From a virus, in IMG/VR virus record IMGVR_UViG_3300019458_000024, positions 18,209 through 82,208 of that record: DNA of 64,000 bases. The stretch is one strand, 5' to 3'. Of the stretch, positions 8,622-17,543 are shown in pieces. The first letter of the stretch is position 1. The number at the start of each line of letters is the position of its first letter. The notes under the pieces are model-generated. The model was given only the letters and a program-made list of their open reading frames with translations. It ran no database searches and was not told the DNA's origin. A program made the translations under genes and the position numbers.

Positions 8622-10834
8622 ATACTTTAGCTACAGAAGAGATTGTTCAAGTCAAGAAATTGGTCCCTAAGTTTTCTTCTAGAAGCTGGGAGGGTGTTAG
8701 GGGAGGTGTTTATTATCTTGTCGAAACTATGGAACAGTACCACGAGTTTTGGCAGGAGTGTAGAAAGCAAAAAATACTAGCAGTAGATACAGAGACTAGC
8801 GGTCTCAATTGGGTGCGTGCTCATGCTTGCGGTATTGTTATTGGTTGGGGTGTTGAATATAATTTTTACCTACCCATTGCGCACACCACAGGTGAAAAAC
8901 AGTTAAATCTTGATGACATTAGAGAGTCATTAAAAGAAATTCTAGAAGACCCGACTGTGCAAAAGGTCTTTTGGAATGAAAAATTTGATCGTCACTTTTT
9001 GCGAAAGTGTGGGATTGATGTAAAAGGTGCCATACATGATGGTGTTGTGATTGTTCACCTTTTGGATGAAAACACAGATAAAGCCTTAAAAGATTTCAGT
9101 AAAGTACGAATACATCCACAAGCTGATAAGTGGGAAAAAGATATAGACAAGTGGAGAAAAGAAGAATCAAAAAAGAGGAAGAAAGCTTATAGCGATCTTG
9201 TAACGGCCTATGTACGAGACCACCGGCCAGAGGTTGAAGCTCAAGCACTTCCGTACGCCTCTTTTACGGGGCTGACTAAGCAGCAAATTCTCGCTAGATT
9301 AAAAAAATACGTACGAGAGAATATATTGAATGGCCATCCTTTGTCCTTTTGTAAAAAGGAGCATGTTTCTTACGATCAGGTACCTTTGGAGATAATGACT
9401 CCTTACGCCTGTGCGGACGTTCATTACACGCTGCTGCATTACAAGGATTTAATCTCAAAAGTATCACTGCATGATGATTTGAAACACTTGTACATTACGG
9501 AGATGGAATTGTCCGACACGCTATATCACACAGAGCGAATAGGACAAAAGATTGATGTTCCTTATTTAAGACGCATAGAACCTGATTATGTGAAAGAAGT
9601 TAAAGACTTCGCCGAAGAAATTTTTGCGGATGTAGGTTTCGAGTTTAAAATTGATTCTAATATTCAATTAATTGAAGCACTTACAAAAGTAGGCGTTAGA
9701 CTTACTAAGCTCACAAAAGCAGGCAAGAAGCTTCAAAAAGCTGGTGGCAAAGTTGAACTTAAACACTTTAGTGTTGACGATGAAGCTTTAGAATATCTAG
9801 CTACCACGCATCCGTTCGCGGCGAAAATTCAAACATACAGAAAGAAACAAAAGGTTTTAAATACCTATATACGTAAAATTGCACAAATGGTAGATGATAA
9901 CCATTTTCTACACTCCACGTTTAATGCAAATGTTTCTACAGGGCGCATGTCTTCACACGAGCCTAATACACAGAACATTGGAAGTAGAGATCTTTCCATT
10001 CGAAGAGCGTTTACTGTTCCTGAGGTAGTGGGTCGGGAAGGTTTGGATATTGAATCCAGTGAATTTGTTTACTTATTCGCAGATTATAGTCAGGTTGAAT
10101 TGAGACTAACTGCCCATCACAGCCAGGACCCTACTTTAATTGCTGCTTACCCATGGGTTGGAAAAGAACTGGATGTTCATTCTATCACTTGTGCAGAAGT
10201 TGTGATGAATCGTCCCTTGGATGAAGTTTTACTGATAAATGGAGATGAAGATCACCCGGAATATTATGATGTGTCTTGGTATAGAAATATTGCGAAAAGA
10301 GTGAATTTTGGTATTATCTACGGGGCTGGCCCTGATGCTATTCAGCGACAGGTATCGACACCTGCCCGTCAAGTTTCACGAGAAGACTGCAGTGACTATA
10401 TAGACAAGTATTTTGTTAAGTACGGTGGTGTTGAGTCTTGGATTGGAAACGTACAACGCGCATTGAAAAAATACGGGTACTTACAAAATACTTTTGGACG
10501 TTATAGGCGTCTTCCTGATAGTCAGGTAAGGGAGAAGTGGAAGCGTGAGCGAGCAGGGCGGCAAGGAGTTAACTTTTTAATTCAGGGTGATGCTGCTGAT
10601 TTGTTTAAACAAGCCATTGTACGTATAAGAAATTTGTTGCGAAAAGAAAATGCAAAGACTAGGATTGTTAACTTCGTACACGATGACATTCAGTTTTATT
10701 TGCATAAAGATGAATTTCATTTATTAGAGCCGATTAAACAGACTATGGAAGACTTTCCACAATTTTCAGTTCCTATTCGGGTTTCAATGTCAGTTAGCAA
10801 AAGGGATTGGGCTTCTAAAAAAGCTCTTAAGTAG
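8618..10834 (+). CDS. polA: family A DNA polymerase (3'-5' exonuclease plus polymerase, no 5' nuclease)
   Basis: AVDTETSGL, N.KFD, YACAD, TGRMSS..PN.QNI, ADYSQVELR, R..AKRVNFGIIYG, NFLIQG.AAD, VHDD. ATG at 8618 overlaps the previous stop. Confidence 0.95.
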   Translation: MNTLATEEIVQVKKLVPKFSSRSWEGVRGGVYYLVETMEQYHEFWQECRKQKILAVDTETSGLNWVRAHACGIVIGWGVEYNFYLPIAHTTGEKQLNLDDIRESLKEILEDPTVQKVFWNEKFDRHFLRKCGIDVKGAIHDGVVIVHLLDENTDKALKDFSKVRIHPQADKWEKDIDKWRKEESKKRKKAYSDLVTAYVRDHRPEVEAQALPYASFTGLTKQQILARLKKYVRENILNGHPLSFCKKEHVSYDQVPLEIMTPYACADVHYTLLHYKDLISKVSLHDDLKHLYITEMELSDTLYHTERIGQKIDVPYLRRIEPDYVKEVKDFAEEIFADVGFEFKIDSNIQLIEALTKVGVRLTKLTKAGKKLQKAGGKVELKHFSVDDEALEYLATTHPFAAKIQTYRKKQKVLNTYIRKIAQMVDDNHFLHSTFNANVSTGRMSSHEPNTQNIGSRDLSIRRAFTVPEVVGREGLDIESSEFVYLFADYSQVELRLTAHHSQDPTLIAAYPWVGKELDVHSITCAEVVMNRPLDEVLLINGDEDHPEYYDVSWYRNIAKRVNFGIIYGAGPDAIQRQVSTPARQVSREDCSDYIDKYFVKYGGVESWIGNVQRALKKYGYLQNTFGRYRRLPDSQVREKWKRERAGRQGVNFLIQGDAADLFKQAIVRIRNLLRKENAKTRIVNFVHDDIQFYLHKDEFHLLEPIKQTMEDFPQFSVPIRVSMSVSKRDWASKKALK

Positions 10835-10847
10835 AAAGGGGAAATTT

Positions 10848-11342
10848 ATGAATTTGCCAGAGATTGAATACAATAACTACAATACTAGAGAATTTGAAAA
10901 AGACGTATCGATTGACCGTACTAATTTAGATGAAGAGTTTGCCACTCATGCTGAAAAGTTTGCTTACTACGCATTCTGCGCAGCGGAGGCAAGGTATCTT
11001 TCTGATTTGAAAAAATCCGAATTTAAACACACAGAGTCTGTTGTTTATATGGAATTCAGGACCAATGCGATGTTGAGTTCTCTTAAGGTTACTGAAGCTA
11101 TTTGTGAACATGAAGTTAGAAAAGATTCACGTTATAAGACTGCTCTTGAAGAGTCACAAAAAGCCGAACTCAAGGCTCAGCAGCTAGAGGGTGCGGTTAA
11201 AGCCATGTCACAGAAAAAAGATATGTTGATGCAGATGGGAGCTTCAGCTAGAGTAGCTGCGGTGCCTCCAAGGATATTGGCTGCACAAGAAGAACAGGTT
11301 AGAGATATTATTACTAGGAACAGAAATCAACAAGGAGAATGA
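10848..11342 (+). CDS. UvsY-like recombination mediator (putative)
   Basis: Helical 164 aa protein with DVSIDRTNLDEE, located between the polymerase and SSB/RecA. Confidence 0.5.
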   Translation: MNLPEIEYNNYNTREFEKDVSIDRTNLDEEFATHAEKFAYYAFCAAEARYLSDLKKSEFKHTESVVYMEFRTNAMLSSLKVTEAICEHEVRKDSRYKTALEESQKAELKAQQLEGAVKAMSQKKDMLMQMGASARVAAVPPRILAAQEEQVRDIITRNRNQQGE

Positions 11343-12214
11343 AAATGGGTGTAGACCTTAATAAAGTAGATCAGCAAAGACTGGAACTAGAACAAAAGGA
11401 AGCAGCCCGTGCCGTCGGGCCAGTTAGGTGGTGGACACCTGAACAAGGTCAAAATAATATTAGATTGCTTCCTCCTTGGACAAAGGAAGGCAGGAATGCT
11501 AATTCTTTTGCGCGAGAAATTTACACGCATTGGAATATTGGTGATGGAGACGATACCACTGCCTTTACGTGTCCACTAAAGACTCCAGATCTTGGAGAGG
11601 CTTGCCCTATTTGTGAAGAAGTTGACCGTTTGCGGGCTACTGGCGATCCTGTAGACGCAGAGAAGGCTAGCGATCTCAGAGCTAAGCAAGGCTTCGTGTC
11701 TAATATCATTGATCTTGATGACCCAATTTTTACTAAGAAGGATTACGATACGGTTGTAGCTTCAGGTAAGGATCCAACTTTTTCTGTTGGTGATACTAAG
11801 GTTCAGGTATTCCGCTACGGACCTATGATTTATAAGGCTCTATTAGACAATTTCAGTCTGCTCAAAATGGATCTTACTGATCCAACGTCGGGGCGAGACT
11901 TGATTGTTAACAAAACTGGTAAGGGCAAGACTGGCACGAAGTATAGTGTTCTTGTGCAGCCTGCTGCCTCTCCTGTTGTGGTTCAAGGACAGGAGTCTCT
12001 TGATAAGAGGATGTATAATCTCGACTCTATTAACAAGCCGAGGTCGTCTGCTGAGATGTTCCAAGCATTGAACGGTGGTCCATTGCCAATGGCTTCTCTT
12101 CCTCCTATGGCCAAACCTCCAGTGCCTCAAATTACTGCTAACCCTGTGCCGACTGTTAACGCGGGTATAAGCGATCTACAACAAAAAATGATGGATGCTC
12201 TTAAAAATGGCTAA
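11339..12214 (+). CDS. gp32-like single-stranded DNA-binding protein
   Basis: NIRLLPP, H..CP..CPICE zinc ligands, DLTDP..GRDL..K.G.G..TKYSV. Confidence 0.8.
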   Translation: MKMGVDLNKVDQQRLELEQKEAARAVGPVRWWTPEQGQNNIRLLPPWTKEGRNANSFAREIYTHWNIGDGDDTTAFTCPLKTPDLGEACPICEEVDRLRATGDPVDAEKASDLRAKQGFVSNIIDLDDPIFTKKDYDTVVASGKDPTFSVGDTKVQVFRYGPMIYKALLDNFSLLKMDLTDPTSGRDLIVNKTGKGKTGTKYSVLVQPAASPVVVQGQESLDKRMYNLDSINKPRSSAEMFQALNGGPLPMASLPPMAKPPVPQITANPVPTVNAGISDLQQKMMDALKNG

Positions 12215-13301
12215 AATCAAACAAAATCCAGATGACTCTAATATTGAAGATGTTCTTGAGAACCTTCAAAGTGACCTGAATAAATACTTTGGAGCAGGCT
12301 CAGCTACAAGATTAAATGATCCTGGAGTTTTATCTAAAGTAGATTATTGGGTATCTACCCGAAGTATGGTTGTTGATTCCATACTTCGTGGTGGGCGCCC
12401 TCCTGGTGCCTCTTTGTTGCCTTTTGGCCGGCAAGTAGAAGTTAGTGGAAAATCCGGCAGCGGCAAAACTACCCTGTGCGCACAAATATCTGCTGAAGTA
12501 CAAGCCAATGGCGGTCTGGTAGTTATTACTGACACAGAGGAGAGAGTAGATGATATTTATTGGACTTCTCTTGGTGTAGACGTTTCTAAGGTTATTAGAA
12601 TTCAAGCAACTGATGTTAGTGAAGTCTTTAATAAGCAATATAGAGCACTGCAGTTTGCCAGGGAACACGCCGCAGATCGTCCTTTACTACTAATTTGGGA
12701 TTCTTTAGGAGGCACTGCTGGCGCTGAAATGTTAGAAATGGGATCAGATGAATCCCCTATGGAGCAGGCTTCCAAATTCGGTATGCGTCAAGCTAAGGTT
12801 ATCTCTGATGGAATGACTTTAATCAATACTATCGTAGGTCAGACCAGAGCTTGCTATTTGTATACTAACCATGTATATACTGATTTTAATGTGAAATACG
12901 GATCTCCAATCAAAACTCGTGGTGGAGACAAACCAATTTTTATGGCCACTGTCCGTTTGCAACTATCCTCTGCAGGCCAAATTAAGGAACTAGACTCCGC
13001 ATCTGGAAATGAGACGGTAGTTGGTCAAAAGATTAGGGTAAAGGCATTAAAAAACTCCATGGCAGGACGATTGATGGAGCGCGAAGCTGTAATTATGGCA
13101 GGCCGTGGATTTGTAAATTCATATTCCTGTTTTGATATGGGTACTAATCTCGGAATAATTATAAAGTCGGGGTCATGGTATACATGGACGACGCCAACAG
13201 GTGAACAGATTAAGTTTCAGGGCTTCAGTGGTTTTGAGGACAAAGTGGTTACTCATCCTGAGTACGATTCTCTGTACGCTGCTGTTGAGGCGGAATTGTA
13301 A
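12207..13301 (+). CDS. recA: RecA/UvsX-like recombinase
   Basis: GRQVEVSGKSGSGKTT, DTE, IWDSL, TRGG...F.ATVRL, KN, KSGSWY. Confidence 0.92.
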   Translation: MAKIKQNPDDSNIEDVLENLQSDLNKYFGAGSATRLNDPGVLSKVDYWVSTRSMVVDSILRGGRPPGASLLPFGRQVEVSGKSGSGKTTLCAQISAEVQANGGLVVITDTEERVDDIYWTSLGVDVSKVIRIQATDVSEVFNKQYRALQFAREHAADRPLLLIWDSLGGTAGAEMLEMGSDESPMEQASKFGMRQAKVISDGMTLINTIVGQTRACYLYTNHVYTDFNVKYGSPIKTRGGDKPIFMATVRLQLSSAGQIKELDSASGNETVVGQKIRVKALKNSMAGRLMEREAVIMAGRGFVNSYSCFDMGTNLGIIIKSGSWYTWTTPTGEQIKFQGFSGFEDKVVTHPEYDSLYAAVEAEL

Positions 13302-13802
13302 ATGCGCGCGTTACAATTGACAGATAAGCAGTTCGGTCGATGGTTGGTCGTAGCACGCGGTGATAATTCGTTACAAGGCAAAACACAGTGGTTATGCCAA
13401 TGTGTTTGTGGAGAGTTTTCACTTGTATTGGGAACAAGCTTGACTAGAGGGTTTTCTCAATCTTGTGGTTGTTTGTCAATTGAAAAGACTTCGAAAAGAA
13501 ATGCTACTCATGGTGCTACTAAATCAAATAAAGACAAAAGTATTTATAATATTTGGTGTACTATGAAAGCTCGTTGTAGTAATCCCAATAGTCATAAATA
13601 TAAATCCTATGGAGGTCGAGGCATAAGGGTCTGTGACCGTTGGCGAGATTCTTTTGAGAATTTTTTAAACGATATGGGTGAACGTCCTGGTAAAGGATAT
13701 TCAATAGATCGTATTGACAATGATGGAAATTATGAACCCGGAAACTGCCATTGGGCCACCGCAAAAGAGCAAAGATTGAATCAAAGAAAAGTTGGAGTGT
13801 GA
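13302..13802 (+). mobile_element. free-standing HNH homing endonuclease
   Basis: WLCQCVCG, SCGC, YGGRGIRVCDRW, SIDRIDNDGNYEPGNCHWAT. Confidence 0.9.
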
Positions 13803-13804
13803 CT

Positions 13805-14308
13805 ATGAATGAACTTGTTAATAATCTGTTAACTAAGTTTAATGTAATTCCTCATCAGAATCCCGATAAGTTTTTACATGAATTTGCTAAAGATCAATTA
13901 GCTATTGGTAATGGAAGAACTATCATAGTAGATGGGAGCGAATACCTCACCAGAATTTATCTCAGACAAGGTCAACCTGATTTTGGTATGTTTTTACATT
14001 ATTTTCATAAAGGTGATCAAGTTCGGGATTTGCATAGCCATCCGTGGGAATATGCATATAGTATAGTACTCACCAGTGGGTATGATGAGGAGAGATGTGA
14101 AGGTCCAACTGGAAAGATTGTACATGTTTCCCATAAACCAGGAGATGTTAATGTATTAACTAAAGATACATACCACAGAGTTGACTTACTAAATGGCGGT
14201 GCTTGGACTTTATTTATAAGGGGACCGCGAATCCAAGGATGGGGATTTCTTAATAGAGAGACTAGAGAATATACATCCATGGATGCGGATGATTCTACAA
14301 ATGACTGA
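13805..14308 (+). CDS. cupin-fold hypothetical protein
   Basis: LH.F..GD..DLHSHPW...GYDE...HRV...AWTLF..GPR..WGF. Confidence 0.6.
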   Translation: MNELVNNLLTKFNVIPHQNPDKFLHEFAKDQLAIGNGRTIIVDGSEYLTRIYLRQGQPDFGMFLHYFHKGDQVRDLHSHPWEYAYSIVLTSGYDEERCEGPTGKIVHVSHKPGDVNVLTKDTYHRVDLLNGGAWTLFIRGPRIQGWGFLNRETREYTSMDADDSTND

Positions 14309-14600
14309 TGATGACACTTTTTCTGATGATAACAGCTGGATAGTTAAGCCTACTTCTTTTCGCAAACTTGCAGAAGAGGAGATGGCGAGGCGATCAGCTC
14401 TTTTAACCGCATATTCATTTAGTGATGAATCTGTTCAAATCATTTGTGAGGACGGCTCTGTTTTCTTCATAAGAAATTCATTTTTTGAAGAATGGGGAGA
14501 AGCTGACAGAATTGGTGAATGGCTTTTTGTATATTGTGAGCATTATCCTGATATGTGTTTTGATACTGATGACCTTATTTACTGGGGGTCGTCAAAATGA
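14283..14600 (+). CDS. hypothetical protein
   Basis: ORF in operon order, with an overlapping stop/start. Confidence 0.55.
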   Translation: MRMILQMTDDDTFSDDNSWIVKPTSFRKLAEEEMARRSALLTAYSFSDESVQIICEDGSVFFIRNSFFEEWGEADRIGEWLFVYCEHYPDMCFDTDDLIYWGSSK

Positions 14601-14914
14601 ACGCGTGCGGGGTATTGTGTCATTTGTGTAATAGTGCAGTGTCGTGGGTGCCGTCTTGTCATACTTATAAAAGATTTGATACGTGGATGTCTTGTGTATT
14701 GTGTGACAGTGCTGTTTTATGGTCTTGTGAATCATGTGATTGGAGCTATACAGAGGGATTGAATAAAAATAATCCCAGATCCGAGGATAATGAGAAAAAA
14801 AGACCGCCTTGGATTGATGATGAAGGATCACACATATACAAAGTCTTAGTGGCAGATCCCGTGGTCAACTTAACAACCAGGACCAGAAAAGCTGGAGTCG
14901 CTAGAAGGAAATAA
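14597..14914 (+). CDS. Cys-rich hypothetical protein
   Basis: Three CxxC pairs. Confidence 0.55.
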   Translation: MNACGVLCHLCNSAVSWVPSCHTYKRFDTWMSCVLCDSAVLWSCESCDWSYTEGLNKNNPRSEDNEKKRPPWIDDEGSHIYKVLVADPVVNLTTRTRKAGVARRK

Positions 14915-14916
14915 AA

Positions 14917-15438
14917 ATGAGATCAGAGCAAGACAAGGCTTTAGTATTGAAATATCCACTTACTTTTGCGCACAGATACAGGTCTATGCAAGAAACGTGC
15001 ATGTGTTGGGGTCTTGAGGTTGGTGATGGTTGGGTTAAAATAATTGATGACGCAGCATCTAAGATAGAGCCTATTTTGGAGAAGTTGCGAGAAACAGCCA
15101 CCGTATGTGATTGTTATCACGAAAACTCATCTCACGACGAAAACGGAAAATGTAAAGAAGTATCAACGTGGAGGGGTGAGACTACTCACTGTAGATGTGA
15201 AAAATTTGTTCCTTATCTTCCTACGTCTTCCCAACTCAAAGAGAAATACGGAACTTTACGATGGTATTGGACATCCTATACAAAAGAAATTGATGATATA
15301 GTTGACCAAGCAGAAGAACTATCTGCTAAAACCTGTGAAGAATGCGGTGAACCTGGAAAAATTCGAGACGAAAGTTATTGGGTCACCGTCAGGTGTGATA
15401 AGTGCTACGCAGAAGATTGTAAAAGGTGGGAAGGTTGA
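14917..15438 (+). CDS. phage hypothetical protein with Zn-binding motifs
   Basis: EVGDGW, QLKEKYGTLRWY, TCEECG..RCDKC. Confidence 0.7.
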   Translation: MRSEQDKALVLKYPLTFAHRYRSMQETCMCWGLEVGDGWVKIIDDAASKIEPILEKLRETATVCDCYHENSSHDENGKCKEVSTWRGETTHCRCEKFVPYLPTSSQLKEKYGTLRWYWTSYTKEIDDIVDQAEELSAKTCEECGEPGKIRDESYWVTVRCDKCYAEDCKRWEG

Positions 15439-16532
15439 GAATAGTTCTCTTCAGTGACTTGCATTGTCATCCATTTCAGCCTTACGCGACTATATTAGCT
15501 AATGGTATGAATTCAAGGTTGGCTGATGCTATTAGTTGCATAGACCAGATAGTGGCGTACTGTGCTGATCCAAATAATCACGTAGATTTGGTTTTATTCG
15601 GCGGTGATTTGTTCCATGTTCGCAAGAACATTTCTGTAGCTGCGTTCAATGAAGTGTACGCTGCTCTGTCACAATTTGCTGCGAACGACATTCCACTGGT
15701 TTTGATACACGGTAATCATGATCAAGCCAGTAAGGACGGCAGTGTTAATAGTATAAAGACGTTTCACAGTATGGCTCACGTTATTGAACGTCCAGGATGG
15801 TTGGAATTACGAGGTCGGTGGGGAGACCCATATTCCATTCTCGGCGTTCCATACACGGAAAACATTGAACACCTAAAAGATATTGTAAACATTCCTAACC
15901 CAGAGCCACTAGCTCCTAGCATATTGCTAGCTCATTTAGGTGTGCAAGGCGCTAAGGTAGGGGCTGATTTTGTGTATGCCACTCCGTACGACGCCAAAGT
16001 AGAAGACCTGAACTGTGGAGCGTTTGACCGTGTTTATCTTGGTCATTATCACATGCACCAACAACTGGCGTCGAATGCTTGGTACATCGGAGCGCCACTG
16101 CAACACAACTGGGGTGACAAACATCAGTGGAGAGGTTTTTTGGTATATAATACTGACACCAAGAGTCATGAGAAAGTTGATTTGAAGTCACCAAAGTTTG
16201 TTGAAATTGATAATACCTCATTAAATATGGATACCTCACTGTATAGTGATGATTTCGTAAAAATTGTAGATTCTTCTACCGACAGTTGGTCAAAAACACG
16301 TATTGAGGAAGAAAGGATTAGGTTAGGCGCTAGATCACTAGAAATAGTGGTGAGGGAGAAAAACAGTGCACCTTTTGTCCCTAGATTAGATATTTCAACT
16401 AACACATCCTTTAAAGACGCCATGGAAAAATATGTTAGGTCTGGTTTGTCTTCCGTTGAAGGGTTGGACGAGTCATATTTGTTGCAAATTGGAAATGAGA
16501 TCTTGGAAGAAGTAGAAAATGGAGAAAAATGA
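15426..16532 (+). CDS. Mre11/SbcD/gp47-like nuclease subunit
   Basis: FSDLH, GGDLFH, GNHD, LAH, LGHYH, YIGAP.QHNWGD. The partner ATPase is at 19710. Confidence 0.9.
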   Translation: MGRLRIVLFSDLHCHPFQPYATILANGMNSRLADAISCIDQIVAYCADPNNHVDLVLFGGDLFHVRKNISVAAFNEVYAALSQFAANDIPLVLIHGNHDQASKDGSVNSIKTFHSMAHVIERPGWLELRGRWGDPYSILGVPYTENIEHLKDIVNIPNPEPLAPSILLAHLGVQGAKVGADFVYATPYDAKVEDLNCGAFDRVYLGHYHMHQQLASNAWYIGAPLQHNWGDKHQWRGFLVYNTDTKSHEKVDLKSPKFVEIDNTSLNMDTSLYSDDFVKIVDSSTDSWSKTRIEEERIRLGARSLEIVVREKNSAPFVPRLDISTNTSFKDAMEKYVRSGLSSVEGLDESYLLQIGNEILEEVENGEK

Positions 16533-17518
16533 TGGGCATCCGATTAAATTTGGAGAATCAAAAATTTGGATATCTTACTGTACTGCGTGATGCAGGGAGA
16601 GCTTCTTCTGGCGCCGTCAAGTGGATGTGTCAATGTGATTGTGGCAAGAAAAAAGTCGTCGCCTCTGATTCTTTGAGAAGCGGAAGAGTATACCATTGTG
16701 GCTGTCAGGGCCGACGTGCTTTGCATGATTTAGAGTTAATTGGAAAACAGTTTGGAAGACTGACGGTACGTTCGAAACAGGGTTACGAAAAGAAAAGCCA
16801 AGCGCTCTGGAACTGTGTTTGTAGTTGTGGTAAAGAGGTAGTCGTGCGTGGAGGAAATCTAGTTTCCAGTAACACGCGTAGTTGTGGTTGTGCTATAGCA
16901 TTCAAACACGGAATGAGTCGTACGTCTGAGTATATGATCTGGTCTGGTATCAAAGCTCGCTGCTTTAATAAAAATAATTCGGCATATTCCTATTATGGCG
17001 GTCGTGGAATTACGATGCACGATCCTTGGATAAATGATTTCATGAAATTTTTTGAATATGTTGGAAAACGTCCTGGGCCTGAGTATTCTATAGATAGAAT
17101 TAACTCAGACGGTAATTATGCACCAGGAAATGTTAGATGGGTGACAGACGGTGAGCAAATGATTAATAGAAAAGCCAGGGGAACGACATTTAATTACTAT
17201 CAAAATAATACGAAAAAGACGGCTATTTATCCAAAAGAAGACCCGTTCGTTGCTATAGTTTATTGTGCGCTAGGTTTGTCCTCGGAAGCAGGTGAGATCG
17301 CGAGCAAGATAAAAAAATGCATGAGGGATAATGAGGGGATAATAGATCGAGAAGTCAAAAATTCGTTGATTGGTGAGATTGGTGATTGTTTTTGGTATTT
17401 AAGTGAATTGTCATCCAACTTGGGAGTGTCCTTAGACTACGCCGCTAAGAAAAATTTGAGCAAGTTGATGGGAAGAAAAGAGCGCGGTACATTGAAAGGT
17501 AGCGGCGATAATCGTTAG
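16529..17518 (+). CDS. HNH endonuclease fused to a MazG-like nucleotide pyrophosphohydrolase
   Basis: The N-part has two CxCxCG repeats, YGGRG and SIDRINSDGNYAPGNVRW. The C-part has FNYYQ..TAIYP..LGLSSEAGE..K..EIGDCFWY..NL.KL..R..RG...GSGDNR. Confidence 0.85.
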   Translation: MMGIRLNLENQKFGYLTVLRDAGRASSGAVKWMCQCDCGKKKVVASDSLRSGRVYHCGCQGRRALHDLELIGKQFGRLTVRSKQGYEKKSQALWNCVCSCGKEVVVRGGNLVSSNTRSCGCAIAFKHGMSRTSEYMIWSGIKARCFNKNNSAYSYYGGRGITMHDPWINDFMKFFEYVGKRPGPEYSIDRINSDGNYAPGNVRWVTDGEQMINRKARGTTFNYYQNNTKKTAIYPKEDPFVAIVYCALGLSSEAGEIASKIKKCMRDNEGIIDREVKNSLIGEIGDCFWYLSELSSNLGVSLDYAAKKNLSKLMGRKERGTLKGSGDNR

Positions 17519-17543
17519 TTAGTCAATTTAAGGGGGTGGTACA

